Shown: piece after piece, positions 35,179 to 43,106 of the stretch
How positions within the stretch are numbered: position 1 is the first letter of the stretch
How the letters are laid out: every line of letters begins with the position of its first letter
Assembly (NCBI GenBank): GCA_016195025.1
Contig: JACQAL010000057.1
Coordinates: 46,129-110,128 of the forward strand
Origin: Bacteroidota bacterium
GTDB lineage: Bacteria; Bacteroidota; Bacteroidia; Palsa-948
Length of the DNA stretch: 64,000 bases
Direction of reading: 5' to 3'
Program-made: the position numbers and the translations under genes
Notes under the pieces: model-generated
Databases searched by the model: none
What the model was told of the DNA's origin: nothing
What the model saw: only the letters and a program-made list of their open reading frames with translations

Positions 35179-37241
35179 TAATAGCTCAGAAAAACAAGCC
35201 GCAAGAACCCGACCCTGCCGAAGAGTGTAGCGGAACTGATGATGCAAAAGCGCTTTACCTAAAATCGCGCGACAAGAAAAAGTATGAATACGATGAGCGC
35301 ATAAAATTTCTGGAAGAAGCAGTTGCGGAAGACCCCAGTTATGCTCCCGCGAATTATGAACTGGGCATGCACTGGCAAAGGCGCGCAGATGAAAACGATG
35401 CTGCCTGCGAAAAGTGCGAGCCGTATTTCCGCGCGGTGATTAAAAACTGCCCGCAGTATCATTCCAATCCTTACTTCTTTCTTGGCTATGGGTTTTATCA
35501 GAAAGGGAATTATGATTCCGCTATGAAGTATACAAAACTCTTTCTCGATTTCAAAGAAGATAATCTGAAGAAGTACGACAAACTCCGCTACGAACGGTTT
35601 CTGGTGGATGCAAAAAACATTATGAAGTTTTCAAAGTTCAACAAAGAAATGTACGGCAACCCGGTTGCGTATGACCCGAAAATTCTGGAAGGCGTGAGCA
35701 CGGTGAAAGATGAATACCTTCCTTTTATTTCGCCCGATAATCAGATTGCTTTTTTCACGCGCAGAATGAAAGTTCAGCCCATTGGAATTGCCTGGGATGT
35801 GAGCACCGAGAAAGAATTCTTCTGCTCCAGCGAGCGGGGCGCTGATGGAAAATTTCCCGAAGGCGAGCCCATGCCCACCCCGCCTTTCAACCTGCACTTC
35901 AACGAAGGAGGGGCATCCATCACCATTGACAACAAGCATATTTATTTTACGGTGGTGGAGCAGGACGGCAACTACGATATTTACACTTCTGATTTTGTGA
36001 AAGGCGAATGGCAGCAGGCAAAAAGTTTGGGCAATGTGATTAACAGTCCCGATTACTGGGATTCGCAGCCCTCCATTTCTGCCGATGGAAAAACACTTTA
36101 CTTCGCCAGCACGCGCCCGGGCGGTTATGGCGGAGTTGACCTCTGGAAATCGGTGAAGGACTCTGCCGGCAACTGGACCAAGCCCGTTAATCTGGGTTCA
36201 AACATTAACACCGAAGGCGATGAAAAATCTCCCTTCCTGCACTGGGACAGCAAAACACTTTACTTCTCTTCGGGCGATAACGAACAGGCGCAAACTTCGC
36301 ATCTCACATTAGGCGGCTTCGATATATTTTATTCGAAGATGGACAGCACGGGCAGATGGGCAAAGCCGAAAAACATTGGCTACCCCATTAACACGCAGGC
36401 GAACGATGTGGGATTTTTTGTGAGCAGCGATGGCAAATACGGTTTCTTCGCATCGAACGATAACCAGAAAACAAAAGGACGAAGCGTGGGCGGATACGAT
36501 ATATATTATTTTGAACTTCCGCAGCACGTGCGCCCCGAAGAAGTTGCGATTGTGAAAGGAAAAGTGGTGAACCCCGATGGAAAATCAGTGGCGGGCGCGC
36601 AGGTGGAAATGAAAGATGCCGTCACAAAAAAAATTACGAAGGCGCTGGTGGATTCGGCAACGGGCGAATATGCCATTGCAGCAAACGTGCAGAAGAATGC
36701 CAATGGCGAACGCAATGACATGCTCGTTGAAGTGAAGAAAGACGGATTTGCTTTCAGTTCGCAGTTGCTTTCCATGAATGATTCCGCAACAAAAAAAATT
36801 CTTGCTCCTTCCAATCCCGTAGAAGTATCAGCATCCCCCCTTCGGGGGGCGGGGGGGCAGGTGGAACTGAAAACCGATTCGGTGAAAGAAGGAAGCGCCT
36901 TCACCCTCAACAATATTTATTTCGGGCCCAACCGTGCCGATTTGAAAGAGGAATCAAAATTTGTTCTCGATGAATTTGCGCAGTACCTGAAAGAAAACCC
37001 GAACATTAAAATTGATATTTACGGGCATACCGATAACATAGGCGGTGCGCAGGATAATCAGAACCTTTCGGCAGACCGCGCTTTCACCGTGTTTGAATAT
37101 TTGCGCAACGTTGCGGACGTTTCCAAAGAGCAAATCAGAGAGCACAGGGGCTATGGAGCAACCCAACCCCTTGCCGATAACAACACCGAAGAAGGCAGAG
37201 CCAGAAACCGCAGAACAGAGTTTATGATTGTGGCGAAGTGA
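35109..37241 (+). CDS. OmpA-family protein with TPR, TolB-like (PD40) repeats and C-terminal OmpA peptidoglycan-binding domain
   Basis: The C-terminus has NIYFGPNRADL...GHTDNIGGAQDNQNLSADRA...NRRTEF. The middle has repeated SPDGKTLYF-type WD40-like motifs. Confidence 0.8.
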   Translation: MNAKKNNIRWILLLTFHFLLLTSLIAQKNKPQEPDPAEECSGTDDAKALYLKSRDKKKYEYDERIKFLEEAVAEDPSYAPANYELGMHWQRRADENDAACEKCEPYFRAVIKNCPQYHSNPYFFLGYGFYQKGNYDSAMKYTKLFLDFKEDNLKKYDKLRYERFLVDAKNIMKFSKFNKEMYGNPVAYDPKILEGVSTVKDEYLPFISPDNQIAFFTRRMKVQPIGIAWDVSTEKEFFCSSERGADGKFPEGEPMPTPPFNLHFNEGGASITIDNKHIYFTVVEQDGNYDIYTSDFVKGEWQQAKSLGNVINSPDYWDSQPSISADGKTLYFASTRPGGYGGVDLWKSVKDSAGNWTKPVNLGSNINTEGDEKSPFLHWDSKTLYFSSGDNEQAQTSHLTLGGFDIFYSKMDSTGRWAKPKNIGYPINTQANDVGFFVSSDGKYGFFASNDNQKTKGRSVGGYDIYYFELPQHVRPEEVAIVKGKVVNPDGKSVAGAQVEMKDAVTKKITKALVDSATGEYAIAANVQKNANGERNDMLVEVKKDGFAFSSQLLSMNDSATKKILAPSNPVEVSASPLRGAGGQVELKTDSVKEGSAFTLNNIYFGPNRADLKEESKFVLDEFAQYLKENPNIKIDIYGHTDNIGGAQDNQNLSADRAFTVFEYLRNVADVSKEQIREHRGYGATQPLADNNTEEGRARNRRTEFMIVAK
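36835..36857. repeat. C6-ttc-G6 hairpin plus G7 tract inside the OmpA-family coding region
   Basis: The sequence cccccc ttc gggggg c ggggggg is translated in frame as SPLRGAGGQ, inside an otherwise AT-rich gene. Confidence 0.8.
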
Positions 37242-37277
37242 TAAAGCCCCAAGCCCTGGGTAACTTACCTACTCCGC

Positions 37278-37352
37278 TCGCGCTCGTTTGAAACGAGTGC
37301 GAAGTTGTTTGTCGTCTCAGACGACTTGCCATTTACACGCGTCACAGACGCG
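37278..37352. terminator. three consecutive GC-rich hairpins between convergent genes
   Basis: Hairpin 1 is an 11-bp stem (37278-37302) around ctcgtt-tga-aacgag. Hairpin 2 is gtcgtc-tca-gacgac (37311-37325). Hairpin 3 is cgcgtc-aca-gacgcg (37338-37352). Confidence 0.5.
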
Positions 37353-37389
37353 CGCCAGCGGGGAAACCCGATGTTGCGCGTTCGTTGTT

Positions 37390-38013
37390 CTATTTTTTAA
37401 AGTGTCCTAAAATAATGCTTACTGCAAAACCCCTGTCCGAATGCAAATGAAAATTTTGAAATATGTCAATGGCGAAACCAAAATATTTTGACGGTGTCCA
37501 AATGAAATTTAAGTCGGCAATAACTCCTAAGTATTGAAAATTGTCATAGTGATAAACATATCCCTGTTGCGGAAATAAATTTGGACCCCATCCACTATTA
37601 CTGCTTGGTTGAATTGTGTCAACATAACTATTTCTCCAATTTCCTTGTCCAAAAGATAGCCCAGCCATTGGAATAAATTTGAAATACTTGTTACTGAAAG
37701 ACTGTCCGTAAAGAAGTGAGAAATTTTTTATCCATTGAATAGTATTCAGTTCTGGTTCAGGAAATGGAAAACCGACAAACATTTCTTTGTTTTGATAATA
37801 CCTTGCTGAAAAAAAATGTTTGTCTTGATTGTAGTTTGCTCCAAGTTGATACCCCAATCGTCCACCCATAAGTATTCCCCCTTGTCCCCAAAAATATTTT
37901 GGATTAGTGTCGTTTTGATTTGAAGAAGAGTCCGAATTGATTGTCTGTCCAAGAGTAATTTCAGTTGTCAAAACGACTGAATAAATTGTCAATATGGTCA
38001 GTAATCTTGTCAC
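37390..38013 (-). CDS. hypothetical secreted protein, possibly a small outer-membrane beta-barrel
   Basis: Signal peptide, alternating aromatic/Gly-rich strands, C-terminal AVSIILGHF. No family assigned. Confidence 0.45.
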   Translation of the reverse strand: MTRLLTILTIYSVVLTTEITLGQTINSDSSSNQNDTNPKYFWGQGGILMGGRLGYQLGANYNQDKHFFSARYYQNKEMFVGFPFPEPELNTIQWIKNFSLLYGQSFSNKYFKFIPMAGLSFGQGNWRNSYVDTIQPSSNSGWGPNLFPQQGYVYHYDNFQYLGVIADLNFIWTPSKYFGFAIDIFQNFHLHSDRGFAVSIILGHFKK

Positions 38014-38100
38014 AAAAGTGTTTTAAAAATTCTATCGTTTCTGTCCGCACTTGCTTGTCCACCCGCAGCCCGCAAAATACAATGACGCGCAACTCATTAT

Positions 38101-38122
38101 ACCTGCCTGCCGGCAGGCAGGT
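38101..38122. terminator. perfect 22-bp palindrome acctgcctgcc|ggcaggcaggt
   Basis: Exact palindrome between the 21-bp array and the start of the 37390-38013 gene. Candidate bidirectional terminator or operator. Confidence 0.5.
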
Positions 38123-38201
38123 CAGCCACAAAGGTATTGATTATTTTCAGCGCATAAGCGGGAGCTCGCATTCGCATTATCGTAAACAGCAGTCAACTTA
38201 C

Positions 38202-38516
38202 GCTGCTCTGAGGTCAACTTACGCTGCTCTGAGGTCAACTTACGCTGCTTTGATGTCAAGTTACGCTACTCTGAGGTCAACTTACGCTACTCTAAGGTCT
38301 ACTTACGCTACTCTGATGTCAACTTACGCTACTTTGATGTCAACTTACGCTACTTTGATGTCAACTTACGCTACTCTGAGGTCAACTTACGCTACTTTGA
38401 TGTCAACTTACGCTACTCTGAGGTCAACTTACGCTACTCTGATGTCAACTTACGCTACTTTGATGTCAACTTACGCTACTCTGATGTCAAGTTACGCTAC
38501 TATTCACCCGGATTAT
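38202..38516. repeat. tandem array of fifteen 21-bp units (gtcaacttacgctac[tc]ttga[gt])
   Basis: Exact 21-nt register from 38202. Unit ends alternate between ctgag and ttgat/ctgat variants. The last unit is degenerate. All three minus-strand frames contain stops. Confidence 0.95.
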
Positions 38517-38577
38517 TGTAAAGAGCGTGTTTTTTACTGAATTCAGGTATTTCCTTACGCCTCATACCTTATTTCTT

Positions 38578-38740
38578 CAGGACTTACGCAAAACGGTGTC
38601 ATTCCGAGCGAAGCGAGGAATCTCCTTTGTGCCAAACATAGGAGATTTCTCCCTCTGGTCGAAATGACAATACTCACTAAACTTCTGTCAGATGGAATAC
38701 GGACTCCGTACAGCCGAAGGCAGTCGGAGCGTAAGTCCTG
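38578..38740. repeat. 163-bp palindromic element with 12-bp perfect termini and an inner gtcattccga...gaggaatctc module pair
   Basis: caggacttacgc (38578-38589) is the reverse complement of gcgtaagtcctg (38729-38740). The inner arms lie at 38598-38626 and 38640-38668. Confidence 0.8.
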
Positions 38741-38754
38741 TTCTTATTCCTTCC

Positions 38755-39414
38755 TCAGGGAACAATTTCGCTTTTGGGCTCGCTCCATGGCTCTGGTCCT
38801 CCTTTTTCGGCTTTATGCACTGAAGAGGTGCTTTTTTTAGGGGTGCGCTTAACGGGGCGATGGCTCACGAAGCAGCGTTTTTCGCTGGTCAGCCCATCGA
38901 GCACGGTGGTTCCTTCGGAAGTGCTGGGCGCGTGTGTCCATCCTTGAAGGGTTTGGTCGTAGGTAAAGCGCCATTCGTGCGCCACCACTCCGTCTTTCTG
39001 GCTTCCTTCGGCAGTAGCGAACAAAGTGCCCGGGTCTTTTCCGCGTTTTACTGAAAACACTCGTTTTTGCTTATGCGTTTTGCCTTTCAGCGGCATTCCT
39101 GAACTTTGGGCAATCACAACCGGGTCTTCATTGGGGTTGGGGTTGTTCGCCCGCATTAAAACAAAAAGCGCAAGGGTGTTCAAATGGTTTTCGAGTATTT
39201 CGCGCTTGTCGTCTTTGGTTTTGGTGTTATCGCCTTTTTTATGGTTTTCTAAAAAATTGATGAGGTCATTTGCCGCGGCATCCACGGTGGAAAGCGCGGG
39301 AACGGGGTTTGGAAAATAGGCATTGTTGGTCATGCTGGTGGTAACATGAAAAGAAAATACAGGCAACTCAGCATCGCTGTATTGCTGAAGGTCGAGGGCG
39401 ATTTGTACTTTCAT
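38755..39414 (-). CDS. hypothetical protein, helical N-terminal region plus FN3-like C-terminal domain
   Basis: The N-terminus KVQIALDLQQYSDAELPVFSFHVTTSMTNNAYFPNPVPALSTVDAAANDL resembles a widespread uncharacterised bacterial FN3-protein family. The C-terminus has WRFTYD...GLTSEKRCFVSHR...GPEPWSEP. Confidence 0.5.
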   Translation of the reverse strand: MKVQIALDLQQYSDAELPVFSFHVTTSMTNNAYFPNPVPALSTVDAAANDLINFLENHKKGDNTKTKDDKREILENHLNTLALFVLMRANNPNPNEDPVVIAQSSGMPLKGKTHKQKRVFSVKRGKDPGTLFATAEGSQKDGVVAHEWRFTYDQTLQGWTHAPSTSEGTTVLDGLTSEKRCFVSHRPVKRTPKKSTSSVHKAEKGGPEPWSEPKSEIVP

Positions 39415-39434
39415 AAAATAAGTGGGTTTAAGGT

Positions 39435-39770
39435 TTATGTTTGGGGTTTGTTTTTTTTTCTCTTTCGGTTCAGCCGCTGCATTTTTTCAATGCCTTCCTT
39501 CACCATGTGTATTTTTTCCTCCGTCATTGGATAGGGCAGCAGGCGGTGCGGTGGTGTGTTTAAATACTTGGTTATTTTAAAAATGCTGGTGAGTGTAAGA
39601 TTTTCATCGCCTGCTTCCACCTTATACATGTTTAAGCCGAGGTCATCGGTCATTGTTTCCTGCGAAATGTTTTTTTTTGTTCTCCAGTATTTCACCATGA
39701 TGCCGAAACTTATAAAAAACCGTTTCATTTCTTCCTCCATTACTTCAGCAGCATGATTGCTCATGGGCAA
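39435..39770 (-). CDS. XRE-family helix-turn-helix transcriptional regulator
   Basis: GIMVKYWRTKKNISQETMTDDLGLNMYKVEAGDENLTLTSIFKITKYL fits HTH_3. It ends 20 nt upstream of the 38755-39414 gene. Confidence 0.6.
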   Translation of the reverse strand: MPMSNHAAEVMEEEMKRFFISFGIMVKYWRTKKNISQETMTDDLGLNMYKVEAGDENLTLTSIFKITKYLNTPPHRLLPYPMTEEKIHMVKEGIEKMQRLNRKRKKNKPQT

Positions 39771-39825
39771 ATGTAACTTGCAATTTTCTGAAATGATACC
39801 TATGTATAGATAGGGGCATCTCTAT

Positions 39826-40055
39826 TAACGTGAGTTTTGTTTAAGTCATATATGAAACTAAAAAACATTCTTCTTTTTTAATGAGATTCCTCACTTCGTT
39901 CGGAATGACAGCAGAAAATAGTGGAGGATTGGGAGCGGGCGCGCAGAGCGCGCCCGCTCCTCCCCCTATAAAAATTAAAAATGTCATTCCGAATGGAGCG
40001 AAGCGGAATGAGGAATCTCATAGAATAATAAAGTCCTTAAACAAAACTCACGTTA
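39826..40055. repeat. 230-bp triple-nested palindromic (MITE-like) element
   Basis: The outer arms are a 20-bp perfect IR: taacgtgagttttgtttaag (39826-39845) and its reverse complement (40036-40055). The middle arms are the gtcattccga...gaggaatctcat modules (39881-39909 and 39983-40021). The core is a perfect 13-bp stem ggagcgggcgcgc-aga-gcgcgcccgctcc (39932-39960). Confidence 0.85.
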
Positions 40056-40056
40056 T

Positions 40057-40202
40057 TAGACATTATTCAGATTAAGAGTTTATAGGGTAAATTTCTTTGG
40101 TGCAAATTTGGTGTTTTGGTGTTTTTGTGGCGAAAAAAATATTTTGCCACCAAAGCACAAAGACACAAAATCCCACTAAAAAGATAATCTGAATAATGTC
40201 TA
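40057..40202. repeat. 146-bp palindromic element with 18-bp perfect termini
   Basis: tagacattattcagatta (40057-40074) is the reverse complement of taatctgaataatgtcta (40185-40202). The interior has imperfect ttggtg / caccaa arms. Confidence 0.8.
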
Positions 40203-40267
40203 TTATACTGAAACAAATCGGCTTTCCGAAATGTTGAAGTATAACCATTACCTTTGTATTGAAAAGT

Positions 40268-40885
40268 ATGCTCACTCTCATTATCATCGCCATTACCTGC
40301 CTTGTTTCTGTTTCGGCTTTCAGCAACCGTAATTTATTTGCCGAACTTCTTTTCAACGGCACTATGATTCACGCGCATAAACAATGGCACCGGTTTCTCA
40401 CGCATGCCTTTGTTCATGCCGACTGGGTGCACCTGCTCATGAACATGTATGTGCTTTACCTGTTCGGCAGCATGGTGGAGAAAAGTTTGATTCAGGTGTT
40501 CGGAACACTAAAAGGCGAAGTTTATTTTTTTCTTCTCTACTTCATCGGCATTGTTGCTTCGTCTTTTCCTTCGTATCAAAAACACAAAGACGATGCGTAT
40601 TACAATTCGGTGGGCGCATCGGGCGCGGTGTCGGCAGTGGTGTTTTCCGCCATACTTCTTAATCCGTGGATGAGTTTATCGCTGATGTTCCTTCCCATTC
40701 CCATTCCCGCTCCCATCTTCGGAATTTTATACCTTATCTATTGTTGGTATGCGGCAAAACATTCGCGCGATAACATTGCGCACGATGTGCATTACTGGGG
40801 TTCGCTTTTCGGTGCTGTGTTCACGCTGGTGATTTTACCTTCAAGCATTTTTAATTTGATAGATGCAATCAAAGATATTTTTTAA
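40268..40885 (+). CDS. rhomboid-family intramembrane serine protease
   Basis: Six TM helices with HADWVHLLMNM, catalytic GASGAV and a distal AHDVHYWGSLFG. The ATG at 40268 is preferred. Confidence 0.8.
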   Translation: MLTLIIIAITCLVSVSAFSNRNLFAELLFNGTMIHAHKQWHRFLTHAFVHADWVHLLMNMYVLYLFGSMVEKSLIQVFGTLKGEVYFFLLYFIGIVASSFPSYQKHKDDAYYNSVGASGAVSAVVFSAILLNPWMSLSLMFLPIPIPAPIFGILYLIYCWYAAKHSRDNIAHDVHYWGSLFGAVFTLVILPSSIFNLIDAIKDIF

Positions 40886-40966
40886 GTACGGATAACGGAT
40901 CACTACGAATCTTCGAATAAATTCATTTACTTATTCGTAGATTCGCAAAGAATTAGTTATCCGCAC
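40886..40966. repeat. imperfect 81-bp word hairpin (cggataac / cgaat words)
   Basis: gtacggataac pairs with gttatccgcac, and the inner cgaatcttcgaataa pairs with ttattcgtagattcg. It lies between the rhomboid and gmhB genes. Confidence 0.65.
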
Positions 40967-40977
40967 CAAATGTATTT

Positions 40978-41481
40978 ATGAATAAATGTGTTTTCCTCGA
41001 CAGAGACGGAGTGATTAACAAAGAATGCGGCTATGTATTCCGTATAGAAGATTTTGTTTTCAATGCAGATGTTTTTTCTTCCCTGAAGAAATTGCAAGAA
41101 GCAGGATTTGTTTTTATAGTCATCACCAATCAAAGCGGCATTGCAAAACAACTTTACACGCACGAAGATGTTTCAAAAATTCATTCGCACCTGCTGGGCG
41201 CTATGAAAGCAAACGGAATTGAGATTGCCGAAATTTATTATTGCCATCACCATCCCGATGTGGAGCCGTGCATTTGCCGCAAGCCCGATTCGGGAATGAT
41301 TGAAAAAGCAATTGCGCGTTTCAACATTGATGCTTCCCAATCCTTTTTCATTGGCGATAAAGAACGGGATATTCAGGCAGCAGAAAAAGCAGGGCTCAAA
41401 GGGTTTTTAATTGAAGCCGACAGCCCGCTGAACGGAATTGCAGAGGAAATAATAATTCAGGGAATAAGGAATAAGGTATAA
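40978..41481 (+). CDS. gmhB: D-glycero-D-manno-heptose 1,7-bisphosphate phosphatase (HAD-IIIA)
   Basis: FLDRDGVIN, ITNQSGIA, zinc-finger CHHHPDVEPCICRKP, and GDKERD. Confidence 0.8.
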   Translation: MNKCVFLDRDGVINKECGYVFRIEDFVFNADVFSSLKKLQEAGFVFIVITNQSGIAKQLYTHEDVSKIHSHLLGAMKANGIEIAEIYYCHHHPDVEPCICRKPDSGMIEKAIARFNIDASQSFFIGDKERDIQAAEKAGLKGFLIEADSPLNGIAEEIIIQGIRNKV

Positions 41482-41502
41482 GGTATAAGGAAAATCTGCA
41501 AC

Positions 41503-42483
41503 CTATTCATCATGCCCTTTCACGGGCTTACCTGTTTTCCATAGTTCTTCGTTTTCTTTTTCTGCCTGCTTGAGAGAATCAGAAACTTCTTTGCTCGCCA
41601 ATTTATTCAAATCAGGACTTCCTGCATTCATCCAGGCGGTGTACCAAAAACTTCCCACATCAAAAATGGATGCGCGCATTCTGCGTTCTACCATTCCATC
41701 AAGCATATCATTGTATGCGCGGGAAAAATCTTCTGAATAAACTTTCACGGTTCCGTTTCCTTTCTTCTCATAGGAATATTTTTTATCGGGAGAAAATTTT
41801 TGCGTGAGTGCGGCTTCAAACTCCAGCACCGAATCTTTTTCAGCATAACTTGCCTTCACAATTTTCCAGATGCGTTCATTTATTTTATCCACGTATTCTG
41901 CGCGCCCGGTAAACAAATCCCAGTTATCTGCAAAAAGTTCGGGAATGCGTGATTCCCAAAAACCGTGAATGCCCACCTGATTGGTGAGTTGTCCGTTGTA
42001 ATTTTCCGTAGTGTGAAGCGGCACATGCGCATCTTCAATGTAATGACCGATGTTTGCAGAGAGATAAAGTATGCGGTCTACATTTCCATCTTTGAATGCC
42101 TGCGTGAGCCGGTACATCATGGTTTCAATATACCACGGAACAATTCCGTAAGCATTCAGTGTGTCTTCCGAAAATTTTTTCACGGCATCTTTCCAGTGAT
42201 GCGGAAGCGAATCAAACGGATGTTTTCCGTAATGGTCGGCATCCAGATAATGGCGCGGGGCTTCATCGGGGTTGGAATATCTTCTTCTGTCGGGGTCAAC
42301 GGCATGAACGGTGAGATAATCAATATGCGTTTTGTAAAATGAAATCATTTCAGGCGGAAGCGTGAACACCGCAAGTTGATTTATTTTTTTATGCGCGAAG
42401 AAACCCCATGTGAAAGCGGGAGCAGTAAGCAGTAAGCAGTAAGCAGTAAGCAGCGAAGAAATAAAAATGCTTTTGCGCGACAC
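41503..42483 (-). CDS. secreted zinc-dependent phospholipase C / S1-P1 nuclease-fold protein
   Basis: Signal peptide followed by WGFFAHKKINQLAV and HYIEDAHVPLHTTENYNG, which are His/Asp zinc ligand motifs. I could not resolve the exact subfamily by eye. Confidence 0.5.
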   Translation of the reverse strand: MSRKSIFISSLLTAYCLLLTAPAFTWGFFAHKKINQLAVFTLPPEMISFYKTHIDYLTVHAVDPDRRRYSNPDEAPRHYLDADHYGKHPFDSLPHHWKDAVKKFSEDTLNAYGIVPWYIETMMYRLTQAFKDGNVDRILYLSANIGHYIEDAHVPLHTTENYNGQLTNQVGIHGFWESRIPELFADNWDLFTGRAEYVDKINERIWKIVKASYAEKDSVLEFEAALTQKFSPDKKYSYEKKGNGTVKVYSEDFSRAYNDMLDGMVERRMRASIFDVGSFWYTAWMNAGSPDLNKLASKEVSDSLKQAEKENEELWKTGKPVKGHDE

Positions 42484-42538
42484 AGAAAATAATTTTCAGC
42501 AAATATAAAATGATTACCTGATAAGAGGTTTGCATCTG

Positions 42539-42903
42539 TGGAGCCGGGGAGAATTGAACTCCCGTCCAAACAAGGGACAAAAAAGATTTCTACATGCTTA
42601 GCCGTTTTTTAGTTTTCGGAATGAAGCCGGCAAAACAGCGGCCAACTTCAAACTTAGTTTCTTTAGTTTCGCTGTGAACCGAAACTTTTCACAACTATCT
42701 TTTCATTTGCGATGCTTGTTCCGGAACGCTGAAAAGAAAAAGCTTTCCGGGAAGCAGGAGCGAAATTGACTATGTCAATTAAGCTGCCATAGCGAAGTTA
42801 TAGTCGCCATTTAGAATTTGAGAATTGTTATTTACGTGATACTTTCCCAACTCACGGCATGCTTACAAATTCATCCTCCTCGCTGTCAAAACCTGTCGGC
42901 CCC
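42539..42903 (-). ncRNA. ssrA: tmRNA
   Basis: On the minus strand the 5' end is GGGGCCGACAGGTTTTGACAGCGAGG. The tag ORF GGC GAC TAT AAC TTC GCT ATG GCA GCT TAA (42779-42808) encodes GDYNFAMAA. The 3' end is a T-arm plus acceptor, GGACGGGAGTTCAATTCTCCCCGGCTCCA. Confidence 0.85.
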
Positions 42904-42925
42904 AATGAGAAGTACGATGTAAGAT

Positions 42926-42953
42926 TTATTCCGAAGGAACTCCTTCGGAATAA
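42926..42953. repeat. near-perfect 28-bp palindrome ttattccgaagga-ac-tccttcggaataa upstream of ssrA
   Basis: 13-bp complementary arms located 23 nt upstream of the mature tmRNA 5' end. Confidence 0.75.
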
Positions 42954-43106
42954 TGTACAATTTGAAAGAACTTATCTATAAAGATAAAAAAAGCTGGCAG
43001 TTGGCAATTGGCAGTCGGCAGAAAATAAAATTTACATTTGCTCTCTCAAAAAATGATTCGTAAAATTCGCAGCAAGATTAGTAATTCGTAACCAGGAAAA
43101 TTATCT

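Noticed and set aside
38202-38516. Possible CRISPR array (regular short repeats). The same question applies to 20168-20314.
   Set aside because: The 21-bp units abut directly with no unique spacers. Units are shorter than CRISPR repeats. No cas genes or leader are present in the window. These are plain tandem repeats.
37965-38540. 191-aa ORF through the 21-bp array (STYATL[RM] heptads) as a real gene.
   Set aside because: Its 5' part is antisense to the better-supported 37390-38013 gene and runs through a perfect palindrome. The open frame follows trivially from a 21-nt (7-codon) repeat. I kept it only as a low-probability alternative reading in the findings.
39881-40362. ORFs 39881-40075 (+) and 40072-40362 (-) as genes.
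   Set aside because: They are translations of the nested palindromic elements (RFLTSFGMT... type artefacts). They mirror each other and have no coding-like composition.
37242-42539. Genomic island integrated at the tmRNA 3' end.
   Set aside because: There is no integrase, and I did not spot a direct repeat of the ssrA 3' end. Three ordinary cellular genes (rhomboid, gmhB, phospholipase C-like) separate ssrA from the accessory patch.
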